A stretch of 63,839 nt of DNA, counting the filler, from Choristocarpus tenellus KU-1152 (taxonomy: Eukaryota > Protista > Phaeophyceae): NCBI GenBank assembly GCA_964200185.2. It is 13 parts of 13 records of this genome, joined end to end, with 100 filler letters (N's around TTAATTAATTAA, not from the genome) between each part and the next. Parts side by side here need not be neighbours in the genome. Positions count along the whole stretch, not along the records: positions 12,161 to 14,981 come from CAXNAD020024462.1; positions 15,082 to 17,819 come from CAXNAD020025177.1; positions 17,920 to 21,881 come from CAXNAD020016909.1; positions 21,982 to 29,758 come from CAXNAD020005594.1; 9 more parts are not named here. The stretch is one strand, 5' to 3'. This document shows, in pieces, positions 13,701 through 25,800 of this stretch. Below the pieces are notes generated by a model. The model had not been told where the DNA came from. It searched no databases and was given only the letters and a program-made list of their open reading frames with translations. Position 1 is the stretch's first letter. Each line of letters opens with the position of its first letter. A program made the position numbers and the translations under genes.

Positions 13701-15873
13701 AGCATTTGTTCTGATTCGTTGCCACCCACTTCATCTAGACGTCAGGCCTGCATGAACTTTCATAACCACTAGGTCCCATTAGATCACAACCAGAACTTGA
13801 AATAATTAGGTACTTGACTTGTCCAGCAGACAGATGCTCTCTGCTCCTCTCCTGACAGCCAAGCTAACTACAGTGGCACCCTCACCAGGATATACCCTTT
13901 TTCGGTTATCTATTTCCACCTCTACTGCTGCCCCTCCTCACTTAAAGGGTCTGGGTGTGGGGATGATAGGGTCGAACCCTTCACCACAGAAACCAAGCCA
14001 CAACAAACAAAGAAAGCTAAGCTAATGCAAGGAGTCTACGTGTTGCGTGAACTCCCTTTCCTCACCCTCAAGGTGGGACACACGCAGTCTGAGGTTTGAA
14101 TAACACCCCACCTGATGATATTTCAATCTTTGATGAGATGCCACTGAGCTTGACACATTCTTGAGATCACAATGCCACAAGCACACGATCATCACACACA
14201 CATTTGAAATGCACACGCACCACATAAATGTAACTGTAACACAAGGCATACATAAGCACCATCACAGGAAACACACAAATTACTTCACTAGATGCCCCTA
14301 CATTCTCCCCCTCCCTCCAACCCAAGCACATGGTTTTTACCATTTCCTAGAGATGCTTATTGCTTCGGCTGACAATAGGTTGGGACACAGGGTGTGGATG
14401 GATGGACAATTTGTCCCTATCAACCACAAGCCTTACTGTGACATTCAAGAGGTCCAAAGAAACAAAACAAGATTCAAATTTTGAATCTTCACCTCAATTC
14501 CCTTTCCCACCAACCAATCACAGTACATATATATAAAAACAAATGTGGACTGCCCTCCTCCTCCAAGAGGGTTATCACATCACTTGGTCCACTCTATTCC
14601 CTATGCCGTGGTTGAGCATGCTCTCTCCCACCTTCCTTGCTCATAGGAAGCACACCCTCTCCTTCATCAGCCTACTCCCCTACCAAAGGGTCCCTCACAA
14701 CACAGGTATAGGGGACGCAGAGGAGCAACCTCACGCTCCATTCCACTCCATCCAACCCCAGAGATGTGTAAACAATTACCAACAAATGACTGCCAAACAG
14801 CTGAACTGAACTGACCACCTGTGCTGTGTTGCTCTTCTTCCCTGCTGTGTTGCTCTTCTTCCCTTCAAAGCTAGATCTTCCTGAATATGAACCACCTTAC
14901 ACACCTCCCCCCGCCACCCCCCCCCACCCCCCCCCCCCCCCCCCCCCCCACCCCTCACACCCACACAACCACGCCCACACANNNNNNNNNNNNNNNNNNN
15001 NNNNNNNNNNNNNNNNNNNNNNNNNTTAATTAATTAANNNNNNNNNNNNNNNNNNNNNNNNNNNNNNNNNNNNNNNNNNNNACGCGGCTCTACCCTCTAA
15101 GATACTTTGGCTCTTTTCACATTGTGACCTGCCTGCACTGATGTCATCCCTGCCGCCACACGGTTGTCGGCATACTCTCTTGATCTGGTTGCAACAACCC
15201 CTACTAATGGTATCAATATCTAGTGGTAGTTCAAGGTACCATTACTATGCAGAGCACAGGCCATGTAAAACTCATTGGGTGGTACACAACAAGTGAGGGT
15301 AAAGCAATCCAGCACAAAGTGTTATATTCATCCTATCTGAAGACATGCATGCGGCACCACAAATATAATCTCACCTTGACATGTCAAACAGAATCGCTTA
15401 TGAATATAACTCAGGTGAAGCACTTTGTCAATGATACTTCAAAGATAAGGGGAAAATCTTCTACTCTATCAGACTGTGTTGAATCTGAGGAGGAAAACCA
15501 TAGAGTGCAAATAAGAGTCAGGTCGCTTGACTCAATCAGAGTGTGTTGAGGACAGAAACAATTTAACCACACACACATTGAAAATCAATAGATGGAACCA
15601 ACATGGCCTACAACCTGCGGCTATGAGCTTGCTGTTCTTACCTTCTCCCCGGGCAAGTTTTCATTTCAAAGGGTGCGCAAAGATAAACATACCTAGAGCC
15701 CTTTCCCACCCACCCACCCCCCAAAACACAGTATATTTACAGTACTACACACATGACTGGTGTGCCATGTTGGTAAGATGAAGATGTATACCACAAACCA
15801 GCATTAAAAGCAAAGAAGGAGAGCATCAAAACTCCCAAGTTTGTTGCAGCTCTGGAGTAAACTTGACATGTTT

Positions 15874-17749
15874 TCACAGCACAAGTGGCAGGGTTTCATG
15901 ATCTGTCTGCTCTGTTGGACAGGTGGGACACTTGAACTTTGATCCATTGCGGGCCAGCCGGCTCATACTGGATCGAAGAACAGCATGGCCGCATTTCAGC
16001 AGCACTGGAGGGTTTCCTGGGGTGCTGAGCTCACGAGACACAGGACATGAAAAAAAACTGTGGTATCGCATGCTAGAAGGTAGGGCTACCTCAATTGGCA
16101 GCTCTGTGAGGTTATCCCATGACTGATTGCTGCTTTGAACAACTGATGCCATTTTGATCAGGGTCGGAAGCGCCACTGTGCCCGCCTGCATGAAAGATGC
16201 AAACCGAGGTTGAACAATGCAGCACACTAAGGGTGTAAAAAGATGACATGTCCGTCAACATGTTCTACACTACCCACAAAAAAAAATGGAATAAGGAGTG
16301 CTTAAGTACAAAGTGCAGGAGGGTAAAATAAAACATCAGTACATACATCCAAGCTCTGCTCGATTTTCTTTCTCCTGGTGCAATACTCAGAGCACTTCGG
16401 AGTATGCTTTTCCTAAATGGCCAGTCAAGTCTTAATTATCGTGCTCAAAACTGTAGTGCTTGTTACTACAGTAACTTGTCAATGAAAACTCCTTAATCCC
16501 ACCTGCTCTCAAGTCCATGCCCAAGGTACGATTATACTATGAAGAATATGAATGCTCTGGTATAAACAAACCTTCCTAAAGTAGGGTTTTTGGTTGATAC
16601 AGTAGTGCATTGTACATAGATACATATACTTTGAATAAAATATTAATGCAAAAGCTCTCCAAGTACCTGGAAGGTCACTGCAAGAAGACTTTCCTTTGGT
16701 AAGCCAGATACTCGGCAGCCATCTGCAAATAGAGTGTGGAAGGCAGTGGACCAAAGGTTGTCGGACAGCAAGTGCTGGTATGGTGAAGATTCCAGCCGAC
16801 CAATCCACAAGACACTTCCCATCAGCTCCTTCCCCCAGTCACCAAAGAACATCCATCGACAGAAGAGCACAGAGGAGTTAATGGTATCAGGCAGCACCAG
16901 AACAATACTTCAATAGAGTAGAAGCAATGGGGCTATTGGTAAAAACGAACACTGCAGGTGCTTATTTTCCATGCAGAAGTGCTGACGTTGGGGGAGGGGG
17001 AGGATTACTACAGTGCTGCACAGTTGAAGAATGACACGCTCCAAATATCAAATGAAGTGCGCTGGGTCTATTGAACAAAAAATATCAATGCATTCACACA
17101 ACACTCGGCAACGAGATGGCCATGGGGACAGCAGGGATTGACTTAATGCACTCCAGAGTGGTCTACTGAGAGGTCTACCCTCTGTTCTACAGGGAAAGAA
17201 CAGTTTCAGCATGGCCCCTCCACAAACTGCCAGATACATGTCACAAAAATCGTCCAATGGGAGAGAACACAGCACAAAAATCAACATTATGACCGTGCTT
17301 GATAACAGTGCAGTAACAAATCCAGTCCCTGATATGCACACATCCTAAGAGACCCAACCAAACTCCAGAAAATGATTAAGTCTTCCGCATCCCATTGTTA
17401 CTACTTTTAATAATAGTATAAATTAAAAAAAATACACGCCCATGTAAGTACTCTGCTGAACCAGTGACATCACAGTGGACCGCTCTCATGACCTCTAGAG
17501 GGAGGCACAACAGACCGCTCATTGCATTGCAACTCCATCTAATTCACTACAGTGCTCCGCTCATGCCAGATGCAGGAGAAGGGAAAATCAGTTGATAGTT
17601 GATAGTTGATAGTTGATAGTTGATAGTTGATAGTTGATAGTTGATAGTTGACCCGTCACCTGTATTTCCCGCATGTGTGTTCCTGCAAGAGGTGAAAGGT
17701 TCTGTTGAGCATAGAGTATCGCTTTCCTGCGTTGGTCTGTTCCCGGGGC
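15874..17749 (-). CDS. RMND5: RMND5/GID2 homolog, CTLH E3-ligase RING subunit (partial; exons 17749-17660, 16828-16667, 16185-15874)
   Basis: Three phase-0 exons with AG/GT ends. CRA region AILYAQQNLSPLAGTHMREIQ-ELMGSVLW...SPYQHLL, then ELPIEVALP..RYHSFFSCPVSRE...NPPVLLKCGHAV...FKCPTCP (degenerate RING of Gid2), then a stop. Confidence 0.93.
17590..17651. repeat. (TAGTTGA)n heptanucleotide microsatellite in RMND5 intron
   Basis: About 9 perfect units read directly. Confidence 0.95.
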
Positions 17750-18037
17750 CTGTTGAAATGTTTTTTGGTCACACCAGAAGACAAGGGGATGACAGTTACC
17801 AGAGGACAATAGGCATGGGNNNNNNNNNNNNNNNNNNNNNNNNNNNNNNNNNNNNNNNNNNNNTTAATTAATTAANNNNNNNNNNNNNNNNNNNNNNNNN
17901 NNNNNNNNNNNNNNNNNNNCAAGTATCTCTACCAAAATAATCCCCCTACACACAAACCTGCACTATCCCTCCCACCCATCCCCCACCCCTCACCCCCCAC
18001 CCCCCACCCCCAAATATGAGCCTATATCTCAATTCAC

Positions 18038-20686
18038 CTCTTGAGGGCAGCTGTAAGAAGCTGGCGAAACACTTCCCTCCTTTTCAGAAGGCTACCCCGA
18101 GACCCACTCACAACCCTCCTCCTCCCTCTAGCATCCTTCCCAACAGCACCTCTTGTGGCCATTGCACATTCCCTTCCTCCTCTTGTACAAACCTGTGCAT
18201 CATTTCCCACCGTACTGCCCAGAGTGCCATCTGCTGTATCACCTGCCGGGTAGAGTGCTGCTTTGCCTAGAACAGTATCATCATCCCTGGCGGGCATCTC
18301 CAAAAGAAGGTCAAGCTGTTCCGAGGCCTTGCTCCCCCCCCCACCTCCATGCTGCCCTTTCCTCAGAGTTTTGGCTGAAACTCTGTAAGCATCTGGAGGG
18401 GGGACAGCAGGGGTAAGCGACTGGGATCAATTGTTGTCCCCACCACAAGATACTGAGGAGGTGTGACGGGGAGGTCTTGGAGGGTAGGGAAGTGGTGGAG
18501 CTTGTCGAGATGGGGGAGTTACAGGATATTATTGACTAAGTACTAAAAATGACAGCATCGTGTTTCTTGGTTGATGTTTACTTTGCCATGCTATCACTGG
18601 CATCATCTTATTGTTGTGAATTTCCAACGGCAGATTACAACAGAGCACAACCACTTGTGTGTTTGCGCTTGAGATTTTACTTGTCCCTACATCATGCAAG
18701 TATTTTTTCCCTACTACCTCTGAATCAAGACTATCGAGACCAAGAGTACAAGCGAGAAAACCAATTATGCCAGCGGCTGTATGATGCATGATCCAAGGTA
18801 GCAAAATGGAGAAAAAACATGATTGGCAACAAAATCACCATTTGTCACTTGAAAAAAACATGCTTAGTGGTGGTAGTACTGACCTCCATGCATAAACTGT
18901 ACCTCAAATCCATGGTTTCCATTGTACATCCACAGATTATGTTAATAGTCCCAAATATGATCAACTCACGTGAATATAGCCAACATCCTGAAGACAGCAA
19001 CCAACCAACCTGCAACCATAGAAAAAAACTTTTCTTGTACAGTCTAAGAGTCCAAGACAGTAGGATTAGAACCTCAAGTTTCGATAGTACCAACCGGTGC
19101 TATTACTGTTTCAGCAGCAATGAAAAACAGTACATCTAGCAAAAGCACAATCTAGTACATACAACTCTCAACTAACCAACATGATGATAACCCCTTCCAC
19201 CCCCCTCCTCACTCCCCTGCTCACCAGGGTAGACATAGAGAATCTGGGCCAAGTGTCTTTTTGTAAATGACCGGCGGCATATCCCTTCCACAGGAATACG
19301 GGTTAGGCTGAAGTAGCCCTGTTGTCTCCTCAACCTTAACATGGCTAGGACTTGCTCCAAAGCCTCAAACATCTCCTCCAGAAGGCATCCGAGGTCACTG
19401 GGGTCTTGGTTTTTGGGAGTAGTGCTGCCACTACTGGGCTGTTCATTTTGTTGCAACAACAGTCAGCAGACGGGAATTGTTGTTTCCAAATAGACTTTTC
19501 ATTTCATCACTCAGTCCCTGACAGCAAATCGATAGCAATCCCTTTCGCTTTGCTTCAGTTTTGTATATTTCAGTATGATACCTACTGTGTTCATTGATCC
19601 ATCCCGTTTTGATCGTGGAGTTATCTCTCCATATTGATACGTGTGCTTTCATCAGACCTATGACATGATAAGTATCAAATGGATGAGGCATAAAATTTTC
19701 AGAGTAGCAATCAGGATTGCTCCTCCAAAGATCGCTTATGCGAAGTACAGGGGAGGGCTACACAAATACGTTAGCAGTGGTACAGAGGTACTTGATGCAT
19801 ATCCTTGGCATAGCAAAATCTAGTCAGTTTAGCTCTGAATTTTCGATGTTGAGTATCGGCATGTTGACGAGACAGCACTGGTGCACGAGATTAAGCTTAC
19901 CTCTTGACGCAACAATCACACAGCCTGACCAAAACCCACGCAAAGCCTCTGGTTACAAACAAAGGTTGACATTTCATCGGAGGCACCTGCTGCAGAGGAA
20001 GCTCTACCACTGATAAGGCATTTCAGAAAGCTACTCTGAAGCAGTACACATTTTGCGCAGCTCTTCATTGGGTTGCCCTTTAAGTTGTGCACGGACGGTT
20101 ACACGACACCAACTACAGTGACTAGTAACGATGAACACTGCAAACAAAAATATTGGAAATCCCCACCATTTGCATGATCCCAACTCGACCTCTTCTGTAC
20201 CTTCGGGTTGCTGCCTTCTAGTCCTGCCACCTGATCCCTGCCGTTGATTGCGGTCATCTCCCCCTTAGAGTCGAGCAGTGAAGAAGTGGTACCATTACCC
20301 TTGGCGGGTGCAGAGGCGAGTGTACTAGCGCCAAACGTACCTTGAGGGGAAAAGGATGATTTCTTGTCACTTGAATCAATACTTTCAGCGGCAGATTGAG
20401 ATAGGAGGGGAGGCTTCTCACGGCGCCCTAGGAGATCAGAAGGCACCATGGTAGTCGACATCTTGGGTAGAGCAGCCGATATCTCGTCCATCTTCCGTTT
20501 CTTAGATCCATGACCTCTAAAAATCTCAATAGCAGGGTGAGGTGCAGCACCAACTCCAGAGGGCAAGCCGGCTGTGGCTGCCAAACTGGCCAAACGTGCA
20601 GCACGTGAGGATGGTCGGGTGTGCTTCGGTTGCTTCTGTCTCTGGCTAGGAGGGCTTCCTGAGCCTACTCCACCCTGCCTGGACAT
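18038..20686 (-). CDS. CDT1: DNA replication licensing factor CDT1 homolog (5' partial; exons 20686-20201, 19438-19225, 18392-18038)
   Basis: Phase-consistent splicing (0, then 1). LLEEMFEALEQVLAMLRLRRQQGYFSLTRIPVEGICRRSFTKRHLAQILYVYPDAY...LLKRREVFRQLL matches the CDT1 geminin-binding winged-helix domain. Exon 1 is an S/G/K-rich disordered N-terminus; the start codon is inferred. Confidence 0.85.
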
Positions 20687-22804
20687 ATACGTAACAAGCG
20701 CGCCGGCACAAGTGATCAATACTCTTTCAGTGTACCCTATTTCCAAGACCTCCTGAATCTCTATGTGGAGTAGGACACAAAAGATGCGTCTCTGTGAATA
20801 CCCACAACAAATTTGTTGGACCGACTTTTGTTCAGGTAGATAGATGACAACGGTCGGCTCTAAGCCTCCACCCTGCTTATCGACGGAGAAGAACCGGTAG
20901 GTTGCAAACTCCGCGATCTTTCTAGTCGTTTATCATCCTTGAAGGTAAGTAGAGGAAGTTAAAAAGCATTTGTCGAGGTCAACGCGCAAATTCCTGTTGA
21001 CCACAACACAATGGTTTTTCGCGCGTGAGGAGTGACGCGCAGACTACAAATTAGTCAGATCCAAAATGTTTGGATTATTTTTTTGAATATAGTATACTTT
21101 TAAAGACCACTACTACTAATAAAGTTAGTTGTCCTGTCCTCCTTCCTAACCATACCATAGGGTAGAGAGAAAGGTCTGGTGTTGGTAGGGACCGAACTCT
21201 GGGCATAGTCGTCCAATTTCTAGGAGCATACACAAATCTTCTGAAGATCGATATATACTTCTCCCATACACCTCATCAACTCGCTCTCAACCTGCTTGGA
21301 AAGATCTGGATTGTGGTGGCTAAGACTCATTATTGAGGATAGAGGGAGTACGCACCAGATTCGAAGGAGGAGGTCAAGGGACTACCAGTGCGTCAATGTT
21401 TCTCACCAAATGACTATCAGTCATACCACACCACCATCAATCAAAAACGCTCGCAACAGGGGGGTTTGATTGCATTCTTTTTCGACAAAAAATTGGAGGA
21501 AATGAGATTTCGACGGTGGATTGAGAGCTTCCCTTCTCCTAACTAAACTATTTTTAACAAGCATCGTTCAGAACACGAAATTATAAATTATTGAGTAGGA
21601 GTGACAACCAGTCTTGCAATATAAATGTGCGGAATTGGATCTGACTCATCCGTTCGCAACAGGACCTGTCCGTCACAGTTCTTACGTTATTTTGGGGGGG
21701 ATATTTAGCGCCAAATTAGAACAGGAAACGCCATTTTGTTGCACTGCTGATCTATTGGGTCAAAATGAAAGAAGCGCACACAACAAAATTGGGTATTTGC
21801 ACGTCGTCACTACTTTGTTCTACTACGCTACTCCATATATGTATGTGATTGAATCAATGTAAGACCCAAAGTATCTGGGGGNNNNNNNNNNNNNNNNNNN
21901 NNNNNNNNNNNNNNNNNNNNNNNNNTTAATTAATTAANNNNNNNNNNNNNNNNNNNNNNNNNNNNNNNNNNNNNNNNNNNNATTGAAAAATAAGCCCCAA
22001 ATGGACAGCCGCCACCCCTGCCCCCAGATACTCCGAGTCCGCATAATCTATACTTTGGATGAATAGGGAAAGGAGTGTTGATAAATGAAAGGTCACGAAA
22101 TGTAGCACAAAAATATGCTTCTTCTGGTATCTTTTATGGAAATAACGAAAGTATCACCCTTGGCTAGCTGATCACCACCGTACCAACATATGTGTGAATC
22201 TCATTACACTGTGGACTGTAATCTAATGATTCTCCAGTCACAGAAAACACACCTTAAGGTGGAGAAATCTTTGCTGTTGAGTGTTCCGGAGTGCCTGATA
22301 GATCGTAGATAGCACATGTCCTCCGCAGTAAGAATGCGCAACACCCACCCTCCTTGCATGATGCTAGGTCTTGACGCAGAAATAGTGTCAGAGTTATTGA
22401 TCCCAACACTGTAAGGAGTGGGTGTGGCCTTCATTCTTGAGACATTTTGTACACAATTCTTCAACACCTTGGACATTAAGGTTCATTCCTGAATACTATT
22501 GCTTGTACCACCAATCAATGCAGAGATAAAGGTGAAAAGGAGAAGTACACGCAGTGGCATTTTGGGATCGAATCCAGTTGAAGTAAATCTGTTAATCCCT
22601 CTGATTACCTCTTGGCTGGGAAATATGCAAGGCAAATGGATCTAACATATTGCTCAGACTACATTGCCCAACCGAAGCCCATGAATGCAGTGTGCCAACC
22701 CCTATCCCACCCCTGCTCCACAATCTTGATCGAATGCTGATTGAGAATCTGATCAACTAGTCCACCATTGGCCCCAACCTCCCATGGATTTCCACACCCC
22801 GCAG

Positions 22805-25800
22805 CTCCACCGATGAGATCAGTATTGCCCGCCTGCGAGGGGAGGTGACAAAGGATCTGGCCAAGGAGATGCGGAAGATGACAGGAGATGGTTGTTTGAC
22901 TTCTTCATCCCGGTGCTCCTTCCCCCCTTCCCCTTTAGTTACTGCTGGTGGGCCTGGGGCCTCTCCAGTGGCACAAGACGCAGCGTCTCCTCGCTCAGCA
23001 TCACCACGCTCAGCCCGGCCAAAGTACTTTGAAGGTTGTGCATCACCACGCTCAGAAGGGGTAGCCAAATCTGAAGAGAGGGGGGCTGAGAACTTGGAGG
23101 AGAGGAACAGGGCATTTTCACCCGCAAGGAGCTCCAGGAGTGGTGAGAAATGGAAAGTCGTTGAGGAATTGGTACTAGAGCAGAGGAGGCTCCATTGGCT
23201 AGGAGAATATTCTCCATCAGGAAGCCTAGGTCCTGGGAGTGTGTGACATTTTCAATTGAGACAGTTTTGGCTTTGTCGACACTCAGTCAGACTGTGAGCA
23301 ATGCTGTCTCTTCCTCAGGATCAATGAAAAACCTATGAGCCAAAGTATCTTAGAGGGTAGAGTCACGTCCATTTGGGGGCTAAAATCCAATGTTGCGATT
23401 TTGACATATTCTTGGCTATCGTGTTTGTGAGGAAGTGTCAATATCCATGTTCCAGACACAACTTCTCATAACATATACACTTTACCTACTCCTAAACATT
23501 TTGGAGTAGGAAAATGTCATAAAAGAACCTGTGGGAAGCCTAGCCCCAAATGGACAAACAGGGCAAAACTCGTACCCTCTAAGATACTTTCACTCCTATT
23601 TCTATGTGTTGTATTGAAAGGGTGCATGCAGCAATCGTACAGCTGCTGTGGTTCTTCCTTCACCAGTCACTCCTCCATGTAGCTGGGTAAAGTGTCGGCT
23701 ATCTACGTCACAAAGTTGGCAGTTTCAGTCAATGATTTGCTAACCATTCTGGAACTCACTCTCAACTCACCAAGACCCACTGTCCTTCCATAACATCAGT
23801 GCGTAGCCACAGAAGCAGCTTTTCATTGCACAGTGGCTACAGGGTGGGCAGTGAGGAGGCATACCTGGCCCAGAGCACTATGACCCCAGAGCAGATGGAT
23901 GAGGTTCTCAAGGTATTTTGTCTGATGTATGGTCTCAAGTTGGGTGCATTGCTCCACTACAGCAGCTTGATCACACCACCATATGATTATCCCAGCTGAG
24001 TATCAATGGTTTATTGCTGTAGTCAACAGGCCTATTGCTAAAGGAATTCCATTTCAGTAACGGGCGTTGAAAGTTCACCTTCTAATTTCAACGCCTCCCT
24101 CGTAGCAAAGGAAGTTTTGGAAGGTACTCTAGAGTGTTTTTTGATATTTGGTACCATCAAGGTGGGAGAAGTGCAGTGTATACACATGCTTATAGCAGAG
24201 TTTAGTAGCTTGTGCAACAGAAGTGCTTTACCTCACATTCGAACAACTGCATCGAATATTCTTATGCTACTCCCAGATCTCCACGCCAGATCAACAATGG
24301 TTCAAAGTAACAAAGAAAGGGGGAATAGGGTAATTAGACGGTCAAGATACACTTTAAAGAGCACTATTTGCTCAGAATGATTGCGACCCTTAGCACTCTA
24401 GAGGGGAAGCCAGGCATCCATTTTGGACATTCTGTTACTCTGTAGTGATCTTCATGTCATTGGAGTGAACATGTTAGATGTAATGGCAGTTTCCATCACC
24501 TGAATCCACCTTCTTTGTCCATCTCCCTGCCTACACCAAGTCTTACGGAAAATCACCTGCAAGAAGGGTATCAAACTGGTGTGTTTACAACACCCCCATC
24601 AAGCCCCGATTGGATGATCTGGGTTAACCACCTCCCCTCTAGAATTATATATGTTTGGGTCATGTACTCGAAGGTAGCCTTTCCTCTATGTACTAAACGT
24701 TTACTTGTCTCCAAATAAGGGTGGATTTCCAGTGGTATCACAATGGTAAAATATTTCGTGAGCCCTGAGAAATGATTTTGTCTCCACTCCCACAGCAAGA
24801 GTGCTCAATCATTGCAAAACAAAATCCTCTTAATCTTTCGGTTTTTGGAGGCATATCGCACACAGTACCTCGCTGGTCCACCATGGTGATATTGTCGCAA
24901 GTTTCTAGTCGCTGTGCAACCACACAAGAGAAGCATCATTTTACCAGATATGTACCCCAGTATATTGTTGCAATATCACATAGTTAACTCCATTCAGAAC
25001 ACCAGTTATCTCCAACACACCACTCAAATGCTTTGCTGACTTCCAAATCCGACAGCAGCAGTCTAAAAGCAAGCGGTTTAGTTTTGCCAATCGAAAGCTT
25101 ATTCAGGGTTGCCATGCATTCTGGTTTATTGAGTACTTTGAGGTGATTTTGCTCTTATAATCCTCAGGAATGGCAGCAAGGAAGGTAAATTGTGACTTCC
25201 CATGTATAGTCCGCACATATATGAACGAACAGAGTGAGTGTAGATGCCCAATACACCACACAGTCCTTTTCTTTGATGTGGACTCGGGGGGTACACATAG
25301 GAAACATGACTTCAACAGGCGCAATCACTTCGTTTGCCGCAAGCAATGAAACTTTGCTTAGCAAAACGTGACCATTGAAGAGTCCTACTCAGTCAGTTTT
25401 CCATGAGGAACCCAATGGTAACAGTGTTACACAATAATTTGTCGTTTGAGAAAATTATAAATCTTTAAAGTTCCTGCAACTTGTCACTTTGTAGGCTAAT
25501 TTTTTTTACCAAAACATCAGATCCATGGACTAGCTCAGAATGGTGTGTTATAAAAAGACAGTGTTGAGACCCTGAGATACGGCGGATATTGGAGGTAATT
25601 GTATCTTATGTCATCTCACCAGGAACCCTTTCACATGCTATACTGGCCAGCAACAGCTCGCTGACCGGTGTTCCATTTCAAAGAGGGCAGTGCCATCACC
25701 ACCCCAACATATGGACCAAGTTGACCATATAAAACCTGTTCACAGGTTGCGCTGGAGGCAGACCCTAAGTTCTTCGATGTGTTGTTATTGAAACATTGCT

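Noticed and set aside
17207-17220. AGCATGGCCCCT resembling U6 snRNA
   Set aside because: Only a 12-nt match; no ACAGAGA box or flanking U6 sequence.
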